64,000 nt of DNA from Candidatus Kaiserbacteria bacterium (GTDB taxonomy: Bacteria > Patescibacteriota > Minisyncoccia > Phycocordibacterales > Phycocordibacteraceae), in NCBI GenBank assembly GCA_963699165.1, contig OY969413.1, positions 916,562 through 980,561 of the forward strand, given 5' to 3'. Below the pieces are notes generated by a model. It ran no database searches. It worked only from the letters and a program-made list of their open reading frames with translations, and had not been told where the DNA came from. Positions within the stretch are counted from its first letter, which is position 1. Each line of letters starts with the position of its first letter. A program made the position numbers and the translations under genes. Of the stretch, positions 18,467 to 26,945 are shown one piece after another.

Positions 18467-19229
18467 ATGAGCCACTCGTATCCGGAAAAATATTTTGACG
18501 TTACCGTTTCAAACGGCCGGCGAACGTTTACTCGCGAAGAGACATTGCAACGGCTCTCTCCATATAAACGCCACCTTGCCGCATTCATAGACAATCTTCC
18601 AAAAAACGCAAGAGTGCTTGATATCGGATGCGGTTCCGGCCGCGCCGTTCGAATCATTCAATCTTTGCGGCCCGACATATCGGTCGAGGCCTGCGATATT
18701 AACGATGTCCGGGAATTTCTCCCGTCCGGGGTCCCGTTTATTATTTGTTCCGGAGACGAGGTAAGCGGGAAATACCCCGCAGCGCACTTTGACGGCATTC
18801 TGTGCCAGCATGTCATCGAGCATCTCGCCGTTCCTATGGGGCTCGCGGAGGGAATGCACGCCATACTCAAGTCCGGAGGGCGCGTATTTATAGAGACACC
18901 GAATTGGACGCGCCTATTTATTCCATTTTCGCATAATTTCTTTTGGAACGATTACACGCACATCCGCCCTTTTGCGAAATTTACGCTGATCAAACTTCTG
19001 AGCGACTATTCGTTTGAAGTCGACCGCGCCATAACGTGTTCGTCGAGCACGTGGTTCAATAGGCGAGCGGCCGGAAAAGAACGGAATGCGGAGAATTCAC
19101 CCAAACCCCCCCCTAAAGACCAAAGATGCCTATGCATGGAACGGATTTTTCGCCCGTGCATTTGCGCGTGCGGTGAATCCTCTCATTCCGGATATTTTAA
19201 TCGTGGTCGCTCATAAAAGAGAACTATGA
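18467..19229 (+). pseudogene. Class I SAM-dependent methyltransferase, frameshifted near the C-terminus at a C8 tract
   Basis: VLDIGCGSG, HVIEHL, ETPN, DYTH. Removing one C from 19106-19113 yields ...NPLIPDILIVVAHKREL* ending in an ATGA overlap with the next gene. Confidence 0.7.
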
Positions 19230-19876
19230 GCACGAAAGATTTTGAAGACACTCGCTGGAGGGAAAAGCCGCAGCAGGAAGAGTTTCGGCATCGCGCTGCG
19301 CTATCGCTCATTTCTTCCGGACGGGTATTGGACGTCGGATGCGGAGACGGTTTCCTCATGGATCGTCTTCGCGACCGGGGCATTGCGGTTCAGGGCGTAG
19401 ATCTGTCTCCTGTCGCGGTTGCGCACTGTACCGAGCAAAATCTTAAAGCCGTGATTTGCGATATCACGAACGACCCGTTGCCGTTTCGTAATGGAGCGTT
19501 TACGACGGTAGTGGCCCTCGATGTTCTGGAACACGTCCTTAATCCGGAGAAGATTGTTTCCGAGATGGCGCGAGTCAGCTCGGAATACGTTGTCATAGGA
19601 GTTCCGAATTTTTCCTCGCTGCCCGCTCGTCTTCAAACGCTCGTAGGTAACGTTCCTGAAAATAATCATGCGCACAAGGGCCATGTGTACTGGTTTAATT
19701 GGAATGTACTCGAGAAGATGGCTGCCGATTCCCGCCTGAAAATAGACGAGGTGCGGGTAAATGCCCCGGGCGGGCGTCTTTCCGTCGTCGGTCCAATATT
19801 GCGCGCCTGCGCGCGAATGTTTCCGAATGTCTTTGCCCTTTCGTTCGTTGTTCGGTTCAGCAAGAAACAGTCATGA
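19226..19876 (+). CDS. Class I SAM-dependent methyltransferase (MetW/Methyltransf_11-like)
   Basis: VLDVGCGDG, DVLEHV, GVPNF. Confidence 0.88.
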   Translation: MSTKDFEDTRWREKPQQEEFRHRAALSLISSGRVLDVGCGDGFLMDRLRDRGIAVQGVDLSPVAVAHCTEQNLKAVICDITNDPLPFRNGAFTTVVALDVLEHVLNPEKIVSEMARVSSEYVVIGVPNFSSLPARLQTLVGNVPENNHAHKGHVYWFNWNVLEKMAADSRLKIDEVRVNAPGGRLSVVGPILRACARMFPNVFALSFVVRFSKKQS

Positions 19877-20910
19877 GGCGATACCGTTCCCTCTGTTATT
19901 TCAATAGCGGCGCGATAGGCGAGTTTCTCATGATGCTGTATTTTGCCGATCTTTTGGAGCGTTCGGCAAAGACGCTCGGAGTTGAAGTGCCGCAGGTCGA
20001 CATCGTCGTCCAGCGCAACGCTGCGCTCGTGCGGGAGTTGGCGGCATGCTATCCGAACGTTCGTATCATCGAGCTTTCGAGAAAATCAATATTTCGAACG
20101 ATTCTACAAGCTCGCCGCGGGTCTCTGCCGCGCATGTTCATTACCCAGCAGACGTTCGGAAAAATTCCCTTGCCGATAAAATGCATCGCGCGTCTTAGCG
20201 CTCTCGGGCCCGGGAGATACCTCGGAGGATTTGACGACCACATGCCGGTTAATCGTTTTCTCTATAACGAACGCTGGGAGTTTGATACCGCGCGCCTTTT
20301 TCCGGAGACAATGCATTGGCTTGCGGAACACATCGGTTATCCGACGAATTATGTTGCACCGCGTTTAAAATGGCCGGAGCAGCCGTTCCCGGAATCGAAA
20401 ACAAGACCAATCGTTCTCCACGTATGCGCGCAGGGAGAAAAACGGAGCTTGCCGCTTGCGCGCTGGAAAGTCCTTATAGCAAAGCTTCGCGGACACTATC
20501 CGAAAGCAACATTCGCCTTTACCGGCAGTGGCGCCGATAGGGAGTTTATCGATGCGGCGATTGAAGGCATACGGGATTGTGAAAACAGCGCGGGAAAAAT
20601 TTCCATTACCGAATCCATTGCATTGCTCAAATCGGCACGGCTTTTTATCGGTGTTGATACCGGCATCACGCATCTTGCCGCGTTTCTCGGATGCCGGGGC
20701 GTTGTTCTCGGCAATAACAGCAATCCATGCTGGTCGACAAAATATTGTCCATCATTGACATGGTTGGCCGCCGATGGGCGTTGCACCTGTCTCGGGAACA
20801 AAAAAGGGGATTGCACGGAATACGTAGACGGCAAGCCGTATTATCGATGCCTCCTCGACATATCCGACGAGAGTATTATTGCCGCCGCCGATGCGATACT
20901 CGCGGCGTGA
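19873..20910 (+). CDS. Glycosyltransferase family 9 (heptosyltransferase-like)
   Basis: GAIGE near the N-terminus, FIGVDTGITHLAA; start overlaps the upstream stop (ATGA). Confidence 0.85.
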   Translation: MRRYRSLCYFNSGAIGEFLMMLYFADLLERSAKTLGVEVPQVDIVVQRNAALVRELAACYPNVRIIELSRKSIFRTILQARRGSLPRMFITQQTFGKIPLPIKCIARLSALGPGRYLGGFDDHMPVNRFLYNERWEFDTARLFPETMHWLAEHIGYPTNYVAPRLKWPEQPFPESKTRPIVLHVCAQGEKRSLPLARWKVLIAKLRGHYPKATFAFTGSGADREFIDAAIEGIRDCENSAGKISITESIALLKSARLFIGVDTGITHLAAFLGCRGVVLGNNSNPCWSTKYCPSLTWLAADGRCTCLGNKKGDCTEYVDGKPYYRCLLDISDESIIAAADAILAA

Positions 20911-20928
20911 TTCGCGCAATGCTACGTT

Positions 20929-22041
20929 ATGAAGAACATGCAGCTGCAAAAAAGCATCACCTTCTATGTCGACCCCGCGTGGCGGCGTGAGGATTTGCTG
21001 CACTCGGCGCTTCTGTTTCCTTTTTGGGAAAATCCGTCGGGGAAGGATAACGTTCTTCTTCGCACGATGCTTTTTAAAAATCGCAGCTTCGATACATCAG
21101 TGTATCGGATTACGGACAATAAAGAAGATGCGGATGCCGTGTTCATGCCGTACTCGCATAGCACCGTACGCCGCTCGTATCCCGAATTGCTCGAAACGTG
21201 CGGCACCGTCGCGCAGGAACTCGGCGTGCCGCTTCTCGTCGACGGAATGGAAGACGTATCTCACGCAATCCATACGCCGAATACGTACGTGTTGCGTTAC
21301 GGGGCATACGATTTCGAAAAAAATGATTCGGAGATAATCGTTCCGCTTCTCGCGAATGATTTGCTTGAGATATATTGCGGCGGACAACTGCAGATTCGCG
21401 CGAAAGGGGAGACGCCGGTTGTGGGTTTCGCGGGATGGGCGCATCTTACTCCGTATCGGACGTTACGAACCGTCGTGAAAGAATTGCCCGACCGTCTGCA
21501 TGGGATTTTTGACGGAAGGTTCAAAGCAAAGAAAAAGGGAGTATTTTTCCGTGCGCAAGCGCTGAAGATTCTTGAAAAGTCGCCAAAGGTCGCATGCAAT
21601 TTCATTTCGAGAAACAGCTATTCGGGGCATGCGCATACCGCATCGAAAAGCATCGAAGAATTGCAGAAGGACTTCGTTGATAATATTTTGGCAAGCGACT
21701 ACGGGTTGGATGTGCGCGGGGACTCAAATGCGTCGACCCGCCTCTTTGAAATATTGTCTCTCGGGCGAATTCCCGTAATAGTTAACACCGAACGCGTATT
21801 CCCATTCAGCGACAAGGTTGATTACTCGTCGTTTTCGCTCATTGTTGATTTCCGCGACATCAACCGATTGCCCGATCGTATCGCCGAATTTCATGCGGCC
21901 ATTTCGCAGGAACGATTCGCACACATGCAGAGAAATGCGCGCGATGCCTATGTAAATTTTTTCCGCGTTGACGCGATGATGCGCTCGATTGTCGAAGAAT
22001 TGAGAATTAAAATCGCTCCTTCAGGCCGCGGCAAATCTTAA
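20929..22041 (+). CDS. Exostosin-like (GT47-like) protein
   Basis: YGLDVRGDSNASTRLFEILSLGRIPVIV...PFSDKVDY resembles the exostosin family C-terminal motif. Confidence 0.7.
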   Translation: MKNMQLQKSITFYVDPAWRREDLLHSALLFPFWENPSGKDNVLLRTMLFKNRSFDTSVYRITDNKEDADAVFMPYSHSTVRRSYPELLETCGTVAQELGVPLLVDGMEDVSHAIHTPNTYVLRYGAYDFEKNDSEIIVPLLANDLLEIYCGGQLQIRAKGETPVVGFAGWAHLTPYRTLRTVVKELPDRLHGIFDGRFKAKKKGVFFRAQALKILEKSPKVACNFISRNSYSGHAHTASKSIEELQKDFVDNILASDYGLDVRGDSNASTRLFEILSLGRIPVIVNTERVFPFSDKVDYSSFSLIVDFRDINRLPDRIAEFHAAISQERFAHMQRNARDAYVNFFRVDAMMRSIVEELRIKIAPSGRGKS

Positions 22042-22046
22042 TTGTT

Positions 22047-22077
22047 TAGCGCAACGCGAAGACCATGTACGCATGCA
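22047..22077. repeat. Direct repeat copy 1: displaced 3' end of the FkbM gene
   Basis: ACGCGAAGACCATGTACGCATGCA (22054-22077) vs 23902-23925, 23/24 identical; minus strand reads HAYMVFALR*. Confidence 0.75.
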
Positions 22078-22136
22078 GATATTGCTAGCAATTGAAAAAG
22101 GGAAGTGACAAGCCCACCCGAGATTCTTGGGTGCCA

Positions 22137-23216
22137 TGCATAAGTTCAGATACATTTGGCAGTCCTCATAACCGAGGATATATGCGCATCAGAAGCAATT
22201 TCAGGGGTACGAAGGGCTGGTTGAGCATGTGGGAAAGGACGATACGATTGCGGCATATGCGGAAACCAAAGGAAGTCGACAGACGGGTGAAGATATTGGG
22301 ATTCTGGGACATGCACGGGACGGAGGCCGCATACGACGCCTTTGGCACCTCGGAGCGCACCTTGTATCGCTGGAAGGAGGAACTCAAAGCCCACGAGGGC
22401 CGCATTGATGCACTTGACCCGAAGAGCACTGCGCCGAAGGCGCGTCGAAGGAGGACTGTTCTGCCCGAGGTCGAGGATTTCATCATCCGCGAACGACAGG
22501 CGCATCCCCGGCTTGGGAAAGCAAAGCTTGCCGTTCTCCTGCGCGAAGAAGGGCACTCCGTGTCGGAGTCATACGTTGGGCGGGTCATTCTGGATTTGAA
22601 GAACCGCGGTCTGCTCCCGCAGCAGAGCCGGCTCTCGTTCCACGCACGTACGGGCAATCACACGGAAACACCGCAGAAACGCCGTACCAAGCTTCGCCGC
22701 ACCGGCAAGCGCGGCATGGAGCTCGATACCGTCGTCCGCTTCATCGACGGCGTGAAGCGGTACGTCCTCACGGCAGTGGATGTGGAGCGGAAGTTCGCCT
22801 TTGCGGGCGCGTATACGAACCACTCGTCGAGAAGCGCGGACGACTTCCTTCGCCGAGTCATCGAGGTTTGCCCCTTCGATATCGACGAGTTGCAGACCGA
22901 CAACGGGAGCGAGTTCGCCAAACACTTCGAGGATGCCTGTGCCGAACTCGGGCTCACGCACTTTCACACCCGCCCCCGCACTCCCAAGATGAATGCCCAC
23001 GTCGAACGATTCAATCGCACCGTCTCCGAGGACTTCATCATGCTGAATCGGGGCCTGCTGCGGGACGATATTCATTCCTTCAATCTGAAGCTTGTCGACT
23101 GGCTGATCTGGTACAACACCAAACGCCCGCACCAGTCGCTCGGCATGGTGTCCCCCTTGCGGTATATTGTGTGTACATTAACCGTCGGGGACTGCCAAAA
23201 GTACTGGACGCGTACA
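22137..23216 (+). mobile_element. IS481-family insertion sequence (~1080 bp)
   Basis: Imperfect TIRs TGCATAAGTTCAGATACATTTGGCAGTCC vs reverse complement of the right end TGTACGCGTCCAGTACTTTTGGCAGTCC; TGCCA duplicated at 22132-22136 and 23217-23221. Confidence 0.8.
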
Positions 23217-23225
23217 TGCCATTGA
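22182..23225 (+). CDS. IS481-like DDE transposase (integrase core)
   Basis: N-terminal HTH (SERTLYRWK), ELDTV, QTDNGSEF, PKMNAHVERFNRT, YNTKRPHQSLG; GAGGA SD before ATG 22182. Confidence 0.92.
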   Translation: MRIRSNFRGTKGWLSMWERTIRLRHMRKPKEVDRRVKILGFWDMHGTEAAYDAFGTSERTLYRWKEELKAHEGRIDALDPKSTAPKARRRRTVLPEVEDFIIRERQAHPRLGKAKLAVLLREEGHSVSESYVGRVILDLKNRGLLPQQSRLSFHARTGNHTETPQKRRTKLRRTGKRGMELDTVVRFIDGVKRYVLTAVDVERKFAFAGAYTNHSSRSADDFLRRVIEVCPFDIDELQTDNGSEFAKHFEDACAELGLTHFHTRPRTPKMNAHVERFNRTVSEDFIMLNRGLLRDDIHSFNLKLVDWLIWYNTKRPHQSLGMVSPLRYIVCTLTVGDCQKYWTRTCH

Positions 23226-23250
23226 CGTATGGTGTATACTCTAGTATAAG
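23222..23250 (+). promoter_or_regulatory. Sigma70-type promoter for the 23301 gene
   Basis: TTGACG, 17 nt, TATAAG; AGGAGGA SD before ATG 23301. Confidence 0.55.
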
Positions 23251-23300
23251 TATAGTCAGAAACAGTAGAATAATTCATACCGCGACCTAGGAGGATAGTC

Positions 23301-23828
23301 ATGCTAGTCGAGCTTCTTCAAAAGTTATTCAGCCGTTCGTCACCGCAGTCACGTCGCGTAGAAACGCAGAAATCGCGGCCGGAACCCACAACGTTCAAGG
23401 ATAAGTACCGCGAAGAAAATGTCTTCGAGTTCGAAATTCTCGACGGAGGGGTTGCCCTCGAGACTGCCTATGCGTGCTGCGACTTGATTCGCAACCGTAA
23501 GTCGAAGCCGGGCACGAAGCTCTTCGTTCAATATCCTGAGAGCAATCAGAAAGAATGGCTGGAATTCCTCGGGGTTATTCCGGATTCGTCTTTTCCCCAA
23601 CTTCGGGGACAACGGGCGAAACTCACGGTTCTGGATGAAGCCCATTACAATTGGGGGACCGGCGCCGCATCGTTCAAATGGCGGTGCACTCAAGACCAAG
23701 CACTCGAAGTTCTCACCGGCGAATTGACCGGCCAAAAATTTACGGGTCGGGAGGGCTGGGATTGTTTCGATGATGATTTTCCGCCCGTGATACTGCGAGC
23801 CGTGCGAGCCCAATTACAATCCAATTAA
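23301..23828 (+). CDS. Hypothetical protein
   Basis: 175-aa ORF with a strong SD, promoter and terminator; no family recognised. Confidence 0.7.
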   Translation: MLVELLQKLFSRSSPQSRRVETQKSRPEPTTFKDKYREENVFEFEILDGGVALETAYACCDLIRNRKSKPGTKLFVQYPESNQKEWLEFLGVIPDSSFPQLRGQRAKLTVLDEAHYNWGTGAASFKWRCTQDQALEVLTGELTGQKFTGREGWDCFDDDFPPVILRAVRAQLQSN

Positions 23829-23860
23829 CGCGCCGTCGAACGCAGGAACGACCCCGGTGC

Positions 23861-23895
23861 GAGCCCCAAAGACGAAAGTCGGCGGGGCTTTTTCT
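23861..23895 (+). terminator. Probable terminator
   Basis: GAGCCCC...GAC-GAAA-GTC...GGGGCTT followed by a T run. Confidence 0.5.
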
Positions 23896-24727
23896 ATCGC
23901 CACGCGAAGACCATGTATGCATGCATGGCGTCGCGTCCGACGACTTGATGCGGGAGAGCGATGGACTCGACGAACGTGCGAAAGCCCGCCATTTGAAGCA
24001 ATACGAGCAGATCGCTCACCGGCCGCGTGAAGAATCCCGGGATGTAGTGATACTCGAGCTGAATGGCGGCGATAGACGACAGTTTTTTCGAGTCCCGCAA
24101 TTCTTCGAGCACATCGAGTTCCGGCCCCTCGATGTCCATCTTCAGCAAATCAATTTTGCCGTCGATATAGTGCGACAGCACATCGACATTCACGGTGTAC
24201 GAATTAAGCTCGCGTCCTTTTTGCGTCAAGTAATTTGCCGTGCTCCCATCGCTGCTTGTCGCGACCTTGTCGGTGACGAAAAATTCAACCGTGCCTTTCT
24301 TATTGCCAAGCGCAACCGGAATTACTTTCACCTCCTTCTCCCACCGGTTTGCGGCGATATTTTTCTCAAGCACCGCGCGCGCCGCGGGATTCGGTTCGAA
24401 ACAAACGACCTGCGCGTGCGGCGCGCGTATCTTTATATACAAAAGCGAGACCCCGATATTAGCTCCGCAGTCGAGTACGCGAATCGGTTTCTGCGTTGCC
24501 TCGATAAAATAGGTTTCCTTAAAAAAAATCTCGTTAAAGAGTCCGACGAAGTGGTCGAGAAAAGGGAAGTAAAAAACATACGGCCCGACCGGAATACTGG
24601 CGAGATTTCCGTTTTTTGGCGGCGCAAACACGTTTCGCAGATGAGCGAAGGCAAATGCGGCTGCCGCTCGGAAACCAAAAAGCGCGCGCAGGCGCGAAAA
24701 ATATTCAAAATATCTCACTGGCTTCAT
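23894..24727 (-). CDS. FkbM-family methyltransferase
   Basis: LDCGANIG, FEPNP, LLKMDIEGPE, LEYH. Confidence 0.92.
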   Translation of the reverse strand: MKPVRYFEYFSRLRALFGFRAAAAFAFAHLRNVFAPPKNGNLASIPVGPYVFYFPFLDHFVGLFNEIFFKETYFIEATQKPIRVLDCGANIGVSLLYIKIRAPHAQVVCFEPNPAARAVLEKNIAANRWEKEVKVIPVALGNKKGTVEFFVTDKVATSSDGSTANYLTQKGRELNSYTVNVDVLSHYIDGKIDLLKMDIEGPELDVLEELRDSKKLSSIAAIQLEYHYIPGFFTRPVSDLLVLLQMAGFRTFVESIALPHQVVGRDAMHAYMVFAWR

Positions 24728-24772
24728 TACCCGTTCATTCTAACGCATTTCGCGGGGTGATACCATACGCTC

Positions 24773-25150
24773 ATGCGAATCGTGAAATTTATCGTGAGTG
24801 GCGCGGCCGGCATGGCGGTGAACCTTTGTGGTTACTTCGTCTTGCATTTGCTTGGAGCCCCGTATCTTGCCGGGTCCATAGGCGGCTTTCTTGCCGCGGT
24901 ATTCGTGGGATTCACGCTCCAGAAACATTGGACATTCGAGAATCGCGAAGTCGGTTCCGCCCGCACCCAGTTCATGTTGTATGCGCTTTTTTCGCTCGGT
25001 AATCTGGCCCTCAATACCGGCATCGTCTACGTGCTTGTCGGCAGGTTTGGCGTCTATTATCTCCTCGCGCAGACGGTCGGCGCGGCTGTCGTTGCGATTG
25101 ACGGTTTCTTTCTTTATCGCACATTTGTTTTTAATCCTTTGCGAGCATAG
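24773..25150 (+). CDS. GtrA-family membrane protein
   Basis: 125 aa, four TM segments, FTLQKHWTF. Confidence 0.85.
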   Translation: MRIVKFIVSGAAGMAVNLCGYFVLHLLGAPYLAGSIGGFLAAVFVGFTLQKHWTFENREVGSARTQFMLYALFSLGNLALNTGIVYVLVGRFGVYYLLAQTVGAAVVAIDGFFLYRTFVFNPLRA

Positions 25151-25190
25151 TGGCGGAGGAATCGAGTTGTGATTATACTAGCCATGTATT

Positions 25191-26207
25191 GTGAAAAATA
25201 AACAAACGTATTTTATTACCGGCGTCGCGGGCTTTCTTGGAAGCCACCTCGCGGAGAACCTTCTTAAGGACGGCCATCGGGTCATCGGTTGCGACAATCT
25301 CGTCGGCGGTTATCTCGACAATGTTCCCGTGGGAGTCGAATTGCACACGGCGAGCTGCGGCGATCGTGCAAAAATGTCCGAGCTGTTGCGCGGTGTTGAT
25401 GTCGTGTACCACACCGCGGCATACGCATACGAAGGACTTTCGGTTTTCTCGCCGTATCTGGTGACGGAGAATATTTACGGCGGGACGGTGTCCGTTGTTT
25501 CGGCCGCGATTGCAAACCGAGTAAAACGATTCGTACAGTGTTCCTCGATGGCCCGTTATGGCACTCAGCCGACGGTTCCTTTCACCGAAGATATGGTGTG
25601 CAAGCCGCAGGACCCCTACGGCATCGCTAAGTATGCGGCCGAGCTCACCGTGCGAAATCTGTGCGAGGTCCACGGCATGGAATACGTCATCGCCGTTCCG
25701 CACAACATCATCGGTCCGCGGCAGAAGTACGACGACCCGTTCCGCAATGTCGCATCCATCATGATTAATCTGATGCTGCAGGGACGTCAGCCGATAATTT
25801 ACGGCGACGGCGAACAGAAGCGCAGTTTTTCTTTTGTGGATGATGTCGTTGCTCCGCTTCGGCGCATGGGAACGGACAGCGTGCCGGTCGGGGAAGTCAT
25901 CAATATCGGTCCGGACGACCGTTTTATCACCATCAACGAATTGGCCGCAACCATCGCGAAATTAATCGACTTCAAATTATCGCCGGTGTATATGCCCGGC
26001 CGGCCGCAGGAAGTTCGCTATGCCTCGTGCAGTGCGGACAAGGCGCGGAAACTTCTCGACTATAAGACGACGGTGCCGCTTGAGAAGGGACTGCAGAGCA
26101 TGATTGAGTACATTCGTACGCGCGGCACCAAACCGTTCCTGTATCATCTGGACCTTGAAATAGTGAGCGACAAAACGCCGCGTACGTGGAAGGACCGTCT
26201 TTTCTAA
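25191..26207 (+). CDS. NAD-dependent epimerase/dehydratase
   Basis: TGVAGFLG, YGIAK, HNIIGP, GDGEQKRSF. Confidence 0.9.
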   Translation: MKNKQTYFITGVAGFLGSHLAENLLKDGHRVIGCDNLVGGYLDNVPVGVELHTASCGDRAKMSELLRGVDVVYHTAAYAYEGLSVFSPYLVTENIYGGTVSVVSAAIANRVKRFVQCSSMARYGTQPTVPFTEDMVCKPQDPYGIAKYAAELTVRNLCEVHGMEYVIAVPHNIIGPRQKYDDPFRNVASIMINLMLQGRQPIIYGDGEQKRSFSFVDDVVAPLRRMGTDSVPVGEVINIGPDDRFITINELAATIAKLIDFKLSPVYMPGRPQEVRYASCSADKARKLLDYKTTVPLEKGLQSMIEYIRTRGTKPFLYHLDLEIVSDKTPRTWKDRLF

Positions 26208-26215
26208 ACACATCT

Positions 26216-26935
26216 ATGTATCTCGGCAAAAAAGTCAGCATCGTATTTCCCGTCTATAACGAGAAGGAGAATATCAAGAATGCGATTGAAGAGTTCCTGC
26301 GGCATCCCGCCGTCGATGAGATCATCGCCGTCGATAATAATTCAAAAGACGGGAGCGACAAAGAAATACAATTGACCTCGGCGAAGTATGTGAAAGAGAC
26401 AACGCAAGGGTACGGCGCGGCAATGCGGCGCGGGATGCGCGAAGCGAGCGGCGACCTCATCGTTACGGTTGAACCGGACGGTACTTTTTGTGCGGATGAT
26501 TTGGATCGTTTCCTCGTGTTTAGTCAGGATTATGAGGTTGTTTTCGGTACGCGCACATCGAGAAATCCCGTCTGGTCCGGTGGCGACCCCGGAGCAAATA
26601 TGTATTTTTCATTGCGCATGGGGAACTGGGCGGTTGTGAAATTGCTTGAGTATCTTTTCAACGGGCCTTCATTTACCGATGTCGGCTGCAGTTTTAAACT
26701 TATTCAGCGTCTTGCCTACGAGGAGATAAAAGATTCGCTCACTGTCGATGGGAACTGATTCTCTCCCGAATACATGATTCGCGTGTTACAGCATAAACTT
26801 TCCGTGGTTGAGATACCGGTGCGATATGGTGCGCGCATCGGCACATCGAAGATAACGGGGAAGCAATCCAAAGCAATAAAGCTCGGGTTTCGCATGATAT
26901 GGCTCATTCTCACGGAGCGTTTCAAGCCGCAGTAG
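26216..26935 (+). pseudogene. Glycosyltransferase family 2 with a premature in-frame TGA at 26756-26758
   Basis: PVYNE, DNNSKD, QGYG. The frame continues past the stop as FSPEYMIR...EIPVRYGARIGTSKITG...* (typical GT2 C-terminus) to TAG at 26935. Confidence 0.8.
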
Positions 26936-26945
26936 CATCCATCTT

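Noticed and set aside
22066-22090. TGTACGCATGCAG as the left end of the IS481
   Set aside because: It is part of the FkbM 3'-end duplicate; the end at 22137 matches the right TIR better internally and has the TGCCA duplication.
24722-24750. Possible collapsed fourth TGAA element before the FkbM start (minus strand CGTTAGAATGAACGGGTAATGAA)
   Set aside because: No proper inverted repeat or left TGAA; TAGAAT is adequately explained as the -10 box.
26756-26758. Genetic code 25 (TGA=Gly) or selenocysteine
   Set aside because: TGA terminates many genes here (rsmI, numerous ATGA overlaps), and long genes have no internal TGA; no Cys-equivalent context.
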